A stretch of 64,000 nt of DNA from Sneathiella sp. (GCF_036960985.1 NZ_JBALWD010000016.1:3998-67997), one strand, 5' to 3'; positions 20,501 through 31,094 are shown, numbered from the stretch's first letter. A program made the numbers and translations. The notes: a model not told the origin generated them from the letters alone.

Positions 20501-21068
20501 TGTGCTGGCAGCCGAAGAAAAAGCCAGCCCCGGCTCAACAGCGATTAGCGGCGCCGTCGCCCGCTATTTCTATAAATTAATGGCCTATAAAGATGAATAT
20601 GAAGTCGCGCGGCTTTATACGGATGGCGCTTTTGCAGCAAAAGTAAATGACCAATTCGAAGGTGACTTTAAAGTTAAATTTCATTTGGCGCCGCCAATTT
20701 TTGCAAAACGCCATGAAGAAACAGGTCATTTGATCAAGAAGGAATTCGGCCCCTGGATGATGAAAGCTTTCGGCGTCCTCGCCAAGCTGCGGTTCTTGCG
20801 TGGCTCGGCCCTTGATCCTTTCGGTAAATCCGAAGAGCGCAAATCAGAGCGGGCATTGATCGGCGAGTATGAAAAGACAATGCAGGAAGTGTGTGAAACA
20901 CTTACCGCGGAAAATCTATTGCTAGCAGCCGAAATTGCTGAGGTACCGGAACAAATTCGCGGTTACGGCCATGTTAAGGAACAACATCTCGCTGTTGCCC
21001 GGGCCATGCGTGAAGATCTGTTAAGTCGTTATCATCTAGGCGAAGCGCAACCGATGGCGGCGGAATAG
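17583..21068 (+). CDS. Indolepyruvate ferredoxin oxidoreductase family protein (fused alpha/beta)
   Basis: SGYRGSPLG, FCSGCPHN, GIGCH, GDGTY, CEGCGDC...CNKDFSCVKGFCPSF, GIGGTG, AYKDEYEVARL. Confidence 0.95.
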   Translation: MQNTNVSLDDKYELETGQVFITGTQALVRIPIMQRQRDAAAGLKTGGFISGYRGSPLGLYDQSLWKAKPFLKNNDIHFQPGVNEDLAATSVWGSQQLPMFGQSDFDGVFGIWYGKGPGIDRSGDVFKHGNMAGSSEHGGVLVLMGDDHMAKSSTVAHQSEQALVAAMMPILNPATVQEYLDYGLFGIAMSRHSGAWVGMKCLTDTVESSATAYVGPDRVEIKIPEDIEPPLDGVHIRWPDSSKGQETRLLRHKLPMIKAFVRANKLDRITQDSQNRKFGIVTTGKSWLDVEQALGDLGIGPSEAEEIGLSVYKVACPWPLEPEGIRKFAEGLDEILFVEEKRSLIEEQAARILYDLDNRPVLVGKEDENGDMLLASDGELTPASVARAIASRLKRRSISDAIAEGISLAEAREDGNAMPAAPVTRSPWFCSGCPHNSSTNVPEGSRAMAGIGCHTMAIYMPNRRTETYTHMGAEGANWIGQSPFTNEKHIFQNLGDGTYYHSGLLAIRAAAAANVNITYKILFNDAVAMTGGQPFDGPLSPWQISQQVHAEGAKKVVVVTDEPDKYEAGMKWAPGVKIYHRDDLDKVQRELREIEGVTALIYDQTCAAEKRRRRKRGTFPDPAKRVFINDEVCEGCGDCGVASNCVSVKPLETEFGRKRVIDQSSCNKDFSCVKGFCPSFVTIEGGDLKKPQTQNVTSSNIDIMNPAVGLPEPTGPVINGTYNILVTGIGGTGVITVGALLGMAAHIENKGASILDQTGLAQKNGAVMSHVRIANNADELSGTRIPNRQTDLVVGCDLVVAAGQDAVQTYDLGRTRAIINDHVVPVAAFTLSPDLAMDRDTLTGLVADSIGREQSEFINSTKLATALMGDSIAANLFLLGVAFQRGTIPLSLNSIEAAIELNGIAVDANKRSFAWGRKAAADQKAVEEIALPAMPKEDVALDTLDQIVAKRMDRLKDYQSGRYAKRYGKLVASVLAAEEKASPGSTAISGAVARYFYKLMAYKDEYEVARLYTDGAFAAKVNDQFEGDFKVKFHLAPPIFAKRHEETGHLIKKEFGPWMMKAFGVLAKLRFLRGSALDPFGKSEERKSERALIGEYEKTMQEVCETLTAENLLLAAEIAEVPEQIRGYGHVKEQHLAVARAMREDLLSRYHLGEAQPMAAE

Positions 21069-21075
21069 GGGCCCC

Positions 21076-21399
21076 ATGTCTCACCAATATACGGGAGAGC
21101 TGCTGCGTGAAGCATTGCTTTCTCACAGCGGCGTCACCGAAAAGAAGATGTTCGGCGGTATTTGCTTTCTACTGAATGGCAATATGCTGTGCGGAACAGG
21201 CATCGACCGGGTGATGTTTCGCGTTGGAAAAGAACTGGAAGCTGAGGCTGTCGCGCGCGCCGGTGCGCAAGCCATGGAGATGGGAGGACGGAAAATGGGC
21301 GGTCTTGTCTGGGTCGAGCTTGATGCCGCCCTTGAAACCGGTCTTGACAACTGGATCTCTCTCGCCAATAAATTCGTTGGTAGTCTGCCACCGAAATAG
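21076..21399 (+). CDS. TfoX/Sxy N-terminal domain protein
   Basis: EKKMFGGICFLLNGNM. Confidence 0.88.
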   Translation: MSHQYTGELLREALLSHSGVTEKKMFGGICFLLNGNMLCGTGIDRVMFRVGKELEAEAVARAGAQAMEMGGRKMGGLVWVELDAALETGLDNWISLANKFVGSLPPK

Positions 21400-21430
21400 A
21401 AAAATCTCCAAGCTCAGGGAAGTCCTATAA

Positions 21431-22393
21431 ATGATGGAAATTGCGGGACTTGTCTTCCCTCTCTTCGGGTTGATCTTGCTGGGCTATATTGCGGCACGTA
21501 TCACCAAGCAGCCGGAAGCCGCCATGGGCTGGCTCAGTACTTTTATCATATACGTTTCGCTGCCCTGCCTGTTCTTCAAGCTACTCTCTCAAACGCCGGT
21601 GGAAAAGCTTGCATCGTGGGATTTTATTGGCATTAACCTGCTGGCGACCTTCTCGGTTTTTGTCATGGTCTTTGGTATTTCAAGACTGACCACAAAATCA
21701 ACGACACCCGAGGCGACAATTCAAGGATTGGCTGGTGCGTATGGAAATATCGGTTTTATGGGACCGGGAATTGCCCTGCTGTCCTTCGGAGAGTTGGCCG
21801 CCGTCCCACTTGCCTTGATTTTCTGTTTCGAAAATATCATGCATTTTACACTTGCCCCAACCCTGATGGCCTTTGCCAGCGGTAAGGCGAGCAATATTGG
21901 TGGCCTGATTTTTGAGATCGGCAAGAAAGTCCTTCTGCATCCCTTTATCCTCGCCACAATTGTTGGTGTTTCAGCGGCGATTATCGGCTTTACACCGCCA
22001 ACGCCTGTTGAGCGTCTTATCGATTACCTGGCGCAGGCCGCGGCCCCTTGCGCATTGTTTGCCATGGGCGTGACGTTGGCGCTCCGGCCGTTGCGGCGTA
22101 TTCCGGGAGAGCTGTCCTTTATCATTCCATTCAATCTCGCGATCCATCCGATACTGATGTATCTGGCGCTAAGTTGGTTTGGCAATTTCGATCCTATCTG
22201 GGTTTATACGGCGGTCTTGCTGGCAGCTTTGCCGACGGCGACCAATGTCTTTATCATCGCCCAGCAATATGGTGTCTGGATCGAGCGCGCCTCTGCCACT
22301 ATCCTGTTGTCAACGATGATCTCCGTTGTCACCGTCTCGGTTCTGCTTTACGCCATGACCACGGGATTGATGCCGGTCGATTTGTTTCCTTGA
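21431..22393 (+). CDS. AEC (auxin efflux carrier) family transporter
   Basis: GNIGFMGP, PCALFAMG, ALPTATNVF. Confidence 0.92.
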   Translation: MMEIAGLVFPLFGLILLGYIAARITKQPEAAMGWLSTFIIYVSLPCLFFKLLSQTPVEKLASWDFIGINLLATFSVFVMVFGISRLTTKSTTPEATIQGLAGAYGNIGFMGPGIALLSFGELAAVPLALIFCFENIMHFTLAPTLMAFASGKASNIGGLIFEIGKKVLLHPFILATIVGVSAAIIGFTPPTPVERLIDYLAQAAAPCALFAMGVTLALRPLRRIPGELSFIIPFNLAIHPILMYLALSWFGNFDPIWVYTAVLLAALPTATNVFIIAQQYGVWIERASATILLSTMISVVTVSVLLYAMTTGLMPVDLFP

Positions 22394-22479
22394 CTGAATA
22401 ATACCCATTCGCCTTTCATAAGTGGTATTAAGCTCGTAATATATTCTTCTTTTGCGGGTAGTTAACTGGAGCTTAGAAT

Positions 22480-23052
22480 TTGAATATGCGGAGCGTAGAC
22501 AACATCGTGATCGATATTGATCTCACAACAGTTCAAGCGCTGGTGGAGAAGGCACGTGATTTGCTCATCGCATTGCGCAACGAATATGACTTATCCGCAT
22601 GGGAATATACAAAAAATGTGCGGATCGCGCCGTATGAATTTCCCCATAGTCATCCCATATTGACGATCAACGCCCAACTTGTCGACGGCCCGGCAAAAGA
22701 CGTGGAGGCGTTTCTGTCCACCTATATTCATGAGCAGATACATTGGGCGCTGGATGACCATCGCCTTTCAGAAACCAAAGAGGCAATGCAAGTTTTTAAG
22801 GAAACATATCCGAACTTTCATAAAGATTTTCCGACGACAGCAAAAGATGAATGTTCCAGTTATCTCCATTTGATAGTTAATTGGCTGGAGTTGAAAGCAA
22901 TGACAGAGTTAGTTGGAGCAGAGCGAGCTCGAAATTTGATGGGGCGATTTCACCATTACACGAAAATCTATGAGACCGTTCTATGTGACTTTGACGAAAT
23001 TCAAACCGTCTTAGAAGAAACGAGCATCCTACCGTTGCCTCGGCCTCAATAA
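22480..23052 (+). CDS. Hypothetical protein with HEXXH motif
   Basis: 190-aa ORF filling the gap, GGAG upstream, HEQIH motif. Confidence 0.65.
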   Translation: MNMRSVDNIVIDIDLTTVQALVEKARDLLIALRNEYDLSAWEYTKNVRIAPYEFPHSHPILTINAQLVDGPAKDVEAFLSTYIHEQIHWALDDHRLSETKEAMQVFKETYPNFHKDFPTTAKDECSSYLHLIVNWLELKAMTELVGAERARNLMGRFHHYTKIYETVLCDFDEIQTVLEETSILPLPRPQ

Positions 23053-23147
23053 AACTGCCAATTTGGTACGACAACAATTGCGTCGCCCGCTTTGTTTCGT
23101 TAAAACAAGCCCAACAGAAAATTTGATTTATCGGAGCGACGATCCCC

Positions 23148-24827
23148 ATGGCATCTTACCAGTATATTTATGTGATGAATGGTCTGTCGAAGACCTATCC
23201 CGGCGGCAAGCAGGTATTGAAAGATATCCGGCTGAGTTTCTTTCCTGGCGCTAAAATTGGTGTCCTGGGTCTGAACGGTTCGGGTAAGTCGACACTGCTG
23301 AAAATCATGGCCGGGATCGAGACGGAATTTAACGGGGAAGCCTGGTCTGCCGATGGCGTGAAAGTTGGGTACCTTGCACAGGAACCGGAGCTGGATCCGG
23401 CTAAGGATGTGCTTGGCAATGTGATGGACGGGGTGCATGAAAAGAAAGCTCTGCTCGATCAGTTCAACGAAATTTCCGCTCGTTTTGCCGAAGACCTGAC
23501 CGATGATCAGATGAATGATCTGATAGCCGAGCAAGGGGAGTTGCAAGAACAGATTGATGCCCAGAATCTGTGGGATCTGGAGCGTGAAGTCGACATCGCC
23601 ATGGATGCATTGCGTTGCCCTCCCGGCGATGCGGATGTCACTAAGCTTTCTGGTGGGGAGCGCCGCCGTGTGGCCCTCTGCCGCTTGCTGCTGTCACAAC
23701 CTGATATGCTGTTGCTCGATGAGCCGACAAACCATCTGGATGCGGAAAGCGTGGCCTGGTTGGAACGGTTCCTTCATGATTATCCGGGCACCGTCGTCGC
23801 CGTTACCCATGATCGCTATTTCCTTGATAACGTGGCTGGGTGGATACTGGAGCTGGACCGCGGCCATGGTATTCCGTGGGAAGGTAATTATTCCAGTTGG
23901 CTGGAACAAAAAGAAAAACGTCTGGCGCAAGAAGGCAAGTCTGAAGACGCTCGGCGCAAGTCACTGGATCGGGAACTGGAATGGATCCGTCAAGGCCCGA
24001 AAGGCAGACAGTCAAAATCTAAGGCTCGGATCAGCGCCTACGAAGATCTGCTTAGCCAGGAAAACGCCAGCCGCGCTGACAATATGCAGATTTATATCCC
24101 GGCTGGACAACGGCTCGGTGATCTGGTTGTCGAGGCTGATAATGTCTCCAAGGCTTTCGGTGACAAATTGTTGATTGAGGGATTGAATTTCAAACTTCCC
24201 GCCGGAGCGATTGTCGGCGTTATCGGGCCGAACGGCGCCGGTAAGACGACTTTATTCAAGCTACTGACCGGTCAGGAAGCGCCTGATGCGGGGGATTTCA
24301 AGGTGGGTCCGACGGTTCAGCTGGGCTATGTGGATCAGGATCGTGATACGCTGGATGGCACCAAGACGGTCTGGGAGGAAATCTCCGAAGGCAATGAAAT
24401 TATCGAACTTGGCAAGAAAGAGATCAATAGCCGGGCGTATGTTTCCGGCTTTAACTTCAAAGGTTCGGACCAGCAAAAGAAGGTTGGCCAGCTTTCCGGC
24501 GGCGAACGCAACCGCGTCAATCTTGCCAAGATGCTGAAAACCGGCAGTAACTTCCTGCTTCTCGATGAGCCGACCAATGATCTGGATGTGGATACCCTTC
24601 GGGCACTGGAAGAGGCGTTATTACAATTCGCCGGCTGTGCCGTGGTCATCAGCCATGATCGCTGGTTCCTTGATCGCATCGCTACCCATATTCTGGCCTA
24701 TGAAGGCGATAGTCATGTGGAGTGGTTCGAAGGAAACTTTGAGGCTTACGAGGAAGACAAGCGCCGCCGTCTGGGTAAAGACTCAACCGAGCCGCACCGG
24801 ATCAAATACAAACCGATCAGTCGCTGA
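23148..24827 (+). CDS. ettA: Energy-dependent translational throttle protein EttA (ABC-F)
   Basis: [27 protein letters not shown], two ABC domains, [12 protein letters not shown] linker. Confidence 0.96.
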   Translation: MASYQYIYVMNGLSKTYPGGKQVLKDIRLSFFPGAKIGVLGLNGSGKSTLLKIMAGIETEFNGEAWSADGVKVGYLAQEPELDPAKDVLGNVMDGVHEKKALLDQFNEISARFAEDLTDDQMNDLIAEQGELQEQIDAQNLWDLEREVDIAMDALRCPPGDADVTKLSGGERRRVALCRLLLSQPDMLLLDEPTNHLDAESVAWLERFLHDYPGTVVAVTHDRYFLDNVAGWILELDRGHGIPWEGNYSSWLEQKEKRLAQEGKSEDARRKSLDRELEWIRQGPKGRQSKSKARISAYEDLLSQENASRADNMQIYIPAGQRLGDLVVEADNVSKAFGDKLLIEGLNFKLPAGAIVGVIGPNGAGKTTLFKLLTGQEAPDAGDFKVGPTVQLGYVDQDRDTLDGTKTVWEEISEGNEIIELGKKEINSRAYVSGFNFKGSDQQKKVGQLSGGERNRVNLAKMLKTGSNFLLLDEPTNDLDVDTLRALEEALLQFAGCAVVISHDRWFLDRIATHILAYEGDSHVEWFEGNFEAYEEDKRRRLGKDSTEPHRIKYKPISR

Positions 24828-24848
24828 TAATATTTGAGTACGCGGAGG

Positions 24849-25475
24849 TTACTCCGCGTGCTTATCGACAATGTATTTGACGGCGGGGCGGGCGAGCATG
24901 GCGCCGCGATGTTTTTTCATAACCGGGAAGTCGTTGATGTCGACGCTATCGCTTTCCATCCATTGCGTGATGGCGAACAGATAGATATCAGCGATGCTAT
25001 AGTCATCTCCCATGACCCAGGGTCCTTTGAATAGTTCGGCCTCGATCAAGGCGAATATTTCCTCCATGTTGCTGGTCACTTTGGCCTGCATGGCTTTGAT
25101 GGAATGGCTGTCATTTTCGTCGACCCAGCGTTTTCCGCGCATGCGGTGAGCATGATTGATATGGGCTGTTGAACAAAGATAGCTATTGAATGACTGCAGC
25201 TGTGCGAATTCATAGAGGTCAGCAGGCGGGGGAAAGACATCGTTGCCAAAACGCTGGGCAATATACAGCAAAATTGCCGGAGTTTCAGTCAGAATGCCGT
25301 GCTCGGTCACCAGCGAAGGCACTCGACCCTTCGGGTTGATCGCCAGATATTCAGGTAGGGTATGTTCCAAAATCGCGGGATTAAGCTTTATTCCTTCATA
25401 ATTTACACCACTTTCTTCAAGTGCAATATGAGAGGCGAGGGCGATAGAGCCCGCATTATAAAAGAGTTTCAGCAT
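24849..25475 (-). CDS. Glutathione S-transferase family protein
   Basis: SHIALEESG, YLAINPKGRVPSL, LTETPAIL, YSIADIYLF. Confidence 0.92.
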   Translation of the reverse strand: MLKLFYNAGSIALASHIALEESGVNYEGIKLNPAILEHTLPEYLAINPKGRVPSLVTEHGILTETPAILLYIAQRFGNDVFPPPADLYEFAQLQSFNSYLCSTAHINHAHRMRGKRWVDENDSHSIKAMQAKVTSNMEEIFALIEAELFKGPWVMGDDYSIADIYLFAITQWMESDSVDINDFPVMKKHRGAMLARPAVKYIVDKHAE

Positions 25476-25644
25476 TTTCTTTCTTTCCACTGTTCAGTTC
25501 GATCATGATATGGGTCTATAACAACCATTATGGTCCGAGATTTTACGGCTGTCGCGTCAATAAATTGCCATAGAGACTTGTTAAAAGAATATGTTAAGTA
25601 TTTGCCAGTATTTTTAGGCAAAATTACGAGGAAAGATTGCCCTA

Positions 25645-26214
25645 ATGGAAATTGAAGAAACTGCCATCCCTGAGATAAAAATTCTGACACCGAAGAAATT
25701 CGGCGATCATCGTGGGTTTTTCTCCGAAGTTTGGAATGAACGGACACTCACGGATGCGGGGCTTAATCTTCAGTTTGTCCAGGATAATCATGCGTTAAGT
25801 GCGGAAGTTGGAACGTTGCGGGGACTGCACTATCAGCTGGACCCGGCAGCACAGGGCAAGCTAGTCCGCGTCATCCGCGGGGCTGTCCTGGATGTGGCCG
25901 TGGATATCCGTGTCGGCTCTCCGACTTTTGGCCAGCATGTGGCAGTCGAACTCTCGGCAGAAAACTGGCGACAGCTTTGGGTGCCGCGGGGCTTTGCCCA
26001 TGGGTATTGTACTTTGCAGCCGAATACCGAACTGGTCTATAAAGTCACGGATTATTACAGCCCGGACCATGACTGCGGAATTTTCTGGAATGATCCGGCA
26101 ATCGGGATTGACTGGCCCGTGGCGCCGGAAAAAGTAATCTTGTCCGAAAAAGATACGGTTTTACCGGTGCTGCAAGATCAAACAAGACTATTTGATTTCG
26201 AGGAAAAAACATGA
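25645..26214 (+). CDS. rfbC: dTDP-4-dehydrorhamnose 3,5-epimerase
   Basis: [34 protein letters not shown]. Confidence 0.96.
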   Translation: MEIEETAIPEIKILTPKKFGDHRGFFSEVWNERTLTDAGLNLQFVQDNHALSAEVGTLRGLHYQLDPAAQGKLVRVIRGAVLDVAVDIRVGSPTFGQHVAVELSAENWRQLWVPRGFAHGYCTLQPNTELVYKVTDYYSPDHDCGIFWNDPAIGIDWPVAPEKVILSEKDTVLPVLQDQTRLFDFEEKT

Positions 26215-27266
26215 CGGTTTTTGTAACAGGTGGCGCGGGATTTATTGGCTCCGCATTGGCCCGCGATCTGATTGGGCAGAACAAGCAGGATGTAGTGATT
26301 ATCGACAAGCTGACTTACGCCGGCAGCGTCGAGAGCCTTAAACCGGTCAGCAACAGTCCGCACTATCATTTTTCCCAGACAGATATTTGTGATCGAGATG
26401 CAATCGGCGCGCTTTTTGCGAAATATCAGCCGACAGCGGTTTATCATCTGGCAGCTGAATCCCATGTGGACCGCTCCATCGATGGCCCAGCTGATTTTGT
26501 TCAGACCAATCTGGTGGGAACTTTTACCATGCTGGATGCCGCGTATCATTATTGGCGCGAACTGCCAAAAGAAAGCCAGCAAGCCTTCCGCTTCTTGCAT
26601 GTATCGACTGATGAAGTTTACGGTGAACTGGGGGCGACAGGTGAGTTTTCAGAAACCAGTGCCTATGACCCCAACTCCCCGTATTCCGCCAGTAAAGCAG
26701 GGTCGGATCATTTGGCGCGGGCCTGGCATAGAACTTATGGCCTGCCGGTGCTGGTGACCAATTGCTCCAATAATTATGGACCTTACCAGTTTCCTGAAAA
26801 GCTTTTGCCCGTTGTCATCTTGAACGCGTTGCAGGGCAAGGAACTGCCGGTGTATGGCAAAGGTGAGAATATTCGCGACTGGCTCTATGTGGAAGATCAT
26901 GCAACTGCCTTGCAGCAGGTCGTGGCCGACGGAGTTGTCGGCGAGACTTATATGATTGGCGGCCGGGCCGAGCAAACCAACATTTATATGGTCCGGGCTA
27001 TCTGCCAGATCATGGACAAGAAATTCCCGGAAAAAGCACCGCACGAAGACCTGATCCGCTATGTGACGGATCGTCCGGGTCATGACGCTCGCTACGCCGT
27101 TGATTGCACCAAGATCGAAACCGAATTGGGGTGGGCGCAATCACTTAATCTGGAGACGGGCCTTGAGAAAACAGTAGACTGGTATCTGGATAATCTGGAC
27201 TGGGTGCGGGCCGTATCTGAAGATTATTCTCAGGAACGATTGGGATTGGGTACCGAAAAAACATGA
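26211..27266 (+). CDS. rfbB: dTDP-glucose 4,6-dehydratase
   Basis: [42 protein letters not shown]. Confidence 0.96.
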   Translation: MTVFVTGGAGFIGSALARDLIGQNKQDVVIIDKLTYAGSVESLKPVSNSPHYHFSQTDICDRDAIGALFAKYQPTAVYHLAAESHVDRSIDGPADFVQTNLVGTFTMLDAAYHYWRELPKESQQAFRFLHVSTDEVYGELGATGEFSETSAYDPNSPYSASKAGSDHLARAWHRTYGLPVLVTNCSNNYGPYQFPEKLLPVVILNALQGKELPVYGKGENIRDWLYVEDHATALQQVVADGVVGETYMIGGRAEQTNIYMVRAICQIMDKKFPEKAPHEDLIRYVTDRPGHDARYAVDCTKIETELGWAQSLNLETGLEKTVDWYLDNLDWVRAVSEDYSQERLGLGTEKT

Positions 27267-28108
27267 AACTGGTTGTAACAGGCGCTGGCGGCCAGGTTGG
27301 TGCGGCCCTTGGTCTTATGGGGCCGCTCGCAGGCCATGAGATTATCCCCCTCGATCGGCAAACGCTGGATATTGCGGACAAGGCACAAGTCATCGCCGCG
27401 ATTTCTAATTATCGGCCGGACGCCGTTATAAATGCGGCGGCCTATACCGCAGTTGATAAAGCGGAAAGTGAGCCGGATGCCGCCTTGGCGATTAATGCGG
27501 CGGGCGCTGAAAATCTTGCCATAGCCTGCGCGCAATTGGATATCCCGTTCCTGCATATTTCAACAGACTTTGTCTTTGATGGCACGAAAGAGGGACCTTA
27601 CACGGAAACCGATCCCATTGGTCCGCTGAGTGTTTATGGCAGCAGCAAAGCGGAGGGTGAAGCGCGGGTTAAAGCCATTGGCGGAAAATTCCTGATCCTC
27701 AGAACAGCCTGGGTTTTTGGCGGCGAGCAGAATTTCGTTGCGACCATGTTGCGTCTCGGCGAGACCCTGGACGAGTTGCAAATAGTCGACGATCAGCACG
27801 GCGGCCCGACAGCTTGTACAGATATTGCGGCGACGCTGCTGCGTATGGCAGAACAGGCTCTATCACCGGCGTTTAGTGACTGGGGCTTTTATCATTACAG
27901 CGGCGCACCGTCCCTGACCTGGTACGGATTTGCCCAAGCTATCTTTTCCGGACGCGACAAACCGGTCCTGCATCCCATTCCAACGGAAGACTATCCGACA
28001 CCGGCGGCGCGGCCGAAAAACTCCGTGCTTGATTGTTCAAAGATAAAACAGGTGTTTGATATTGACCAGCCGGACTGGCGCACGGCATTATCACAGCTCC
28101 TGACATAA
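27263..28108 (+). CDS. rfbD: dTDP-4-dehydrorhamnose reductase
   Basis: [37 protein letters not shown]. Confidence 0.95.
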   Translation: MKLVVTGAGGQVGAALGLMGPLAGHEIIPLDRQTLDIADKAQVIAAISNYRPDAVINAAAYTAVDKAESEPDAALAINAAGAENLAIACAQLDIPFLHISTDFVFDGTKEGPYTETDPIGPLSVYGSSKAEGEARVKAIGGKFLILRTAWVFGGEQNFVATMLRLGETLDELQIVDDQHGGPTACTDIAATLLRMAEQALSPAFSDWGFYHYSGAPSLTWYGFAQAIFSGRDKPVLHPIPTEDYPTPAARPKNSVLDCSKIKQVFDIDQPDWRTALSQLLT

Positions 28109-28132
28109 TTTTTCATTTCCACAGGCAGACAT

Positions 28133-28567
28133 ATGGCGCGTAGTGATTTTTCGTTTTTTTTCGATTTTCGAGTGCGGTATTCAGAGATTGATGGGCAGGG
28201 CGTTGTCTTTAATGCGCATTATCTCACCTATTTCGATACAGCCATCACCGAGTATTTTCGTCATCTAGGCTTTGACTACCGGGACTATGTGGCCCAGACC
28301 GGGCAGGATTTTCATTTGGTCAAGTCGCTGGTGAATTATGAAAAACCGATCCTGTTTGATGCAGATATCGAGGTTGGCTGTCGTGTGTCAAATGTTGGCC
28401 GCACCTCCATCACCTTCCTGCTCGAGATATTTGGCAAAGGAAATGACACCCGATATAGCAACGGTGAAATTATCTGGGTGAACACAGATCAAGCAACCCA
28501 TAAAACGGCGCCGGTTAATGATGAAATTCGGGCGCTATTTGGCCATACTGCGCTTGCCGCTACCTGA
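28133..28567 (+). CDS. Acyl-CoA thioesterase (4HBT/hotdog fold)
   Basis: RVRYSEIDGQGVVFNAHYLTYFD. Confidence 0.9.
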   Translation: MARSDFSFFFDFRVRYSEIDGQGVVFNAHYLTYFDTAITEYFRHLGFDYRDYVAQTGQDFHLVKSLVNYEKPILFDADIEVGCRVSNVGRTSITFLLEIFGKGNDTRYSNGEIIWVNTDQATHKTAPVNDEIRALFGHTALAAT

Positions 28568-28590
28568 TCACGACAAGATAGGATCCTGAA

Positions 28591-30135
28591 ATGACGTTCG
28601 CCGGACCAGTTTTATCAACCCCCATTCATATCTCAACGCTGCTGCAAACCGGCATGACAGCGACACCTGATGAGACCGCCATCGTCTCCGCAGAAATGAG
28701 CTGGACCTGGCGTGAATTGCAGTCTGTAGTGGATAACGTGGCGGCAAATTTAATGCTGAAAGGGCTTAAAACTGGCGATCGACTGGCCTGCCTGATGCCA
28801 AATCGGACCCATTTGCTGATCCTGTATCTTGCAAGTTTCAAGGCTGGGTTTGTATTGGTTCCGCTCAATTACCGTTATACACCGAGAGAGATTGATTACG
28901 CGCTGGACGTCAGCGGGGCTTCTTTACTGGTTTATCATTCGGAACGTGCGGATGATATTGCCGCGTCGACGTCGACCCAGAACCTTTCGCTGGGCATGAT
29001 CCCTTACCGCCCTGCCGATGCAAGCGAAGCCGGTTTTGAAGATTTATATTCCGAGCCCGCAAGAGCGGTTGAATTCGGCTCGCTTGACGTAACTGGCCCC
29101 GCCGCCATCTTTTTTACATCCGGCAGTACAGGTAAACCAAAGGGCGTTACCCATAGCCATGAAAGCCTGGGCTGGATGTTTGCCGCCATTGTGGGCGCCT
29201 GCGGGCTGACCGCAAAGGATGTCATGCTTCCGGGCTCGTCCATGTCGCATCTGGGCGGCTTTATGTTTTCTTTTGCGGCCTTGTCTGTGGGCGGACGGGT
29301 GGTTATCGCTCGGGTTTATGACGCCACTGAAATACTGCCCCTCATGCGTCAGGAAAGGCCGACCGTGCTGTGTATGCTCCCGGCGACCTTAATGGGATTG
29401 GTTCGGGATCAAAGTGCAAAAGAAGATGATTTCAAATCTATCCGTCTTTGCCGATGTGGCAGTGACAAGGTACCGGCCGAGCTGGAAGTCGAGTTCGAAG
29501 CCCTGACAGGCTATAAAATTGATGAAGGTTACGGCATGTCCGAAGTCGGTCTGGCGGCCCTTAACCCGCCTGAAGGACTGATTAAAATGGGCTCCATTGG
29601 CACCGCCACTCCCGGTTTCGAAATGTCGATCCGTGATGATCAAGGCGTTGAGGTCATGAACGGGACCATCGGCAATCTCTGGATGAAAACACCGAGCCTG
29701 ATGACCGGGTATTGGAATAACCCCGAAGAAACGGAAAAAACCGTCCATGAAGGATGGATTGACAGCGGCGATATCATGCGGGCAGATGAGCAGAATTATT
29801 TGTGGTTTTGCGGCCGTAAAAAGCAGATTATCGTCCATGACGGATCGAATATCTTTCCGCAAGAAGTGGAAGAAGCCCTGATGGAACATGAGGCTGTCTC
29901 CAGTGTTGGCGTGGTTGGGCTACATGATCTGGTGCATGGTGAAAATGTCCGGGCCTATGTGGTTCTGCGCCCGGATCATGAGTTTCCAAGCGCGCTGGAG
30001 CTGATCGAGTTTACCCGCGGGCGTATCGGATATAAAGCACCGGAAGAGATCATCTTTTTACAGGAAATGCCGTTCAATCCCACCGGGAAAATTGACCGCG
30101 TCCGGTTGAAAAACATGGCGGCGGCCAATCACTAA
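28591..30135 (+). CDS. Class I adenylate-forming enzyme (acyl-CoA synthetase-like)
   Basis: FTSGSTGKPKG, YGMSE, SGD, GRKKQII, TGKIDR. Confidence 0.92.
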   Translation: MTFAGPVLSTPIHISTLLQTGMTATPDETAIVSAEMSWTWRELQSVVDNVAANLMLKGLKTGDRLACLMPNRTHLLILYLASFKAGFVLVPLNYRYTPREIDYALDVSGASLLVYHSERADDIAASTSTQNLSLGMIPYRPADASEAGFEDLYSEPARAVEFGSLDVTGPAAIFFTSGSTGKPKGVTHSHESLGWMFAAIVGACGLTAKDVMLPGSSMSHLGGFMFSFAALSVGGRVVIARVYDATEILPLMRQERPTVLCMLPATLMGLVRDQSAKEDDFKSIRLCRCGSDKVPAELEVEFEALTGYKIDEGYGMSEVGLAALNPPEGLIKMGSIGTATPGFEMSIRDDQGVEVMNGTIGNLWMKTPSLMTGYWNNPEETEKTVHEGWIDSGDIMRADEQNYLWFCGRKKQIIVHDGSNIFPQEVEEALMEHEAVSSVGVVGLHDLVHGENVRAYVVLRPDHEFPSALELIEFTRGRIGYKAPEEIIFLQEMPFNPTGKIDRVRLKNMAAANH

Positions 30136-30162
30136 AGGTAATAAGGGTCCGTATCGTCGACT

Positions 30163-31017
30163 TTAATTTTGTTTGTTCATGACAACGTCTATCACGCCAA
30201 TACAACTGGATGAGTGGGGGCCGGATGTGGAGCCGGATGAGGCGCTGGATTTAGGTTCAGCTGTTAGCCTGACTTGCGGACTATTCAGCTTCAGAGTTTG
30301 GATCAAATACCAGTTGTTGCCACCGTCGGGAACCGAGAAAGCCAGTTCCGAAGTCTCCTCAGAGTGCTTCCCGGTGACAATCAGCTGAACGCCATCGCTC
30401 CAGTAAGTTTCCGATATGCCGCCGCGCTTTCGGTAATCCAGCTGGAAATCCCAGTTGCGCTGCTTCGGGCAAACGGAATTGTTCATGGCCGTCGGGCTAT
30501 AGGTTGCCTGGACATTCCAGTAACCGGCTGGATCGAAAATTTCTGTTACAGTCGGAGCTGGTACCGCGGATTCCAACGACGAGTTAACTGGTGCGTTGCG
30601 GGCAACCTGCTGCTGAGACGACAGGTAACTCAGGTTAGAGCTGATACTGATTTCTAGCTGCCGCACCCAGGTATTGTAGCTGCGATGGATGCGGGCACCC
30701 TGGCTTAACAAATTGCGGCTCGATATGTAATCAATGTCAAAGGATTGATTGGTATAAACCACGTCAACCACAGCCTGATGTTTATTCTGGACATCCAGAG
30801 TGCCGCGGATCACGCCGGGCTCCAATTCTTTCATTACCCAGTTCCGTTCCACACCGGCAGCGAGAATTCCATCCCGGATAACCGAAAGCGGCGCCGTCTC
30901 CAATCCCGGTGACACGGCGACCGAAGAGGGGACATAAATAGGTTGAATGCGCGGCTGGCAGGCGCCGACGAAGATGACAAATAATACAAGTGCTGAAAAA
31001 CGGAAAAGAGAATTCAC
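30163..31017 (-). CDS. Lipoprotein of unknown function, short paralog
   Basis: Lipobox FVGAC; GTG 31017 with AGGA upstream; highly similar to the N-terminal half of 31095..32870. Confidence 0.75.
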   Translation of the reverse strand: MNSLFRFSALVLFVIFVGACQPRIQPIYVPSSVAVSPGLETAPLSVIRDGILAAGVERNWVMKELEPGVIRGTLDVQNKHQAVVDVVYTNQSFDIDYISSRNLLSQGARIHRSYNTWVRQLEISISSNLSYLSSQQQVARNAPVNSSLESAVPAPTVTEIFDPAGYWNVQATYSPTAMNNSVCPKQRNWDFQLDYRKRGGISETYWSDGVQLIVTGKHSEETSELAFSVPDGGNNWYLIQTLKLNSPQVRLTAEPKSSASSGSTSGPHSSSCIGVIDVVMNKQN

Positions 31018-31094
31018 AAGACAGTTCCTACTATACAAAAATGTTGATTTCTAACTACTACGGAAATATTGAAAGCCACTTGTTGCGTTATCAA

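Noticed and set aside
25581-25597. TTAA-N9-TTAA upstream of rfbC as a CtrA site
   Set aside because: The spacing is 9 rather than 7, in an AT-rich tract.
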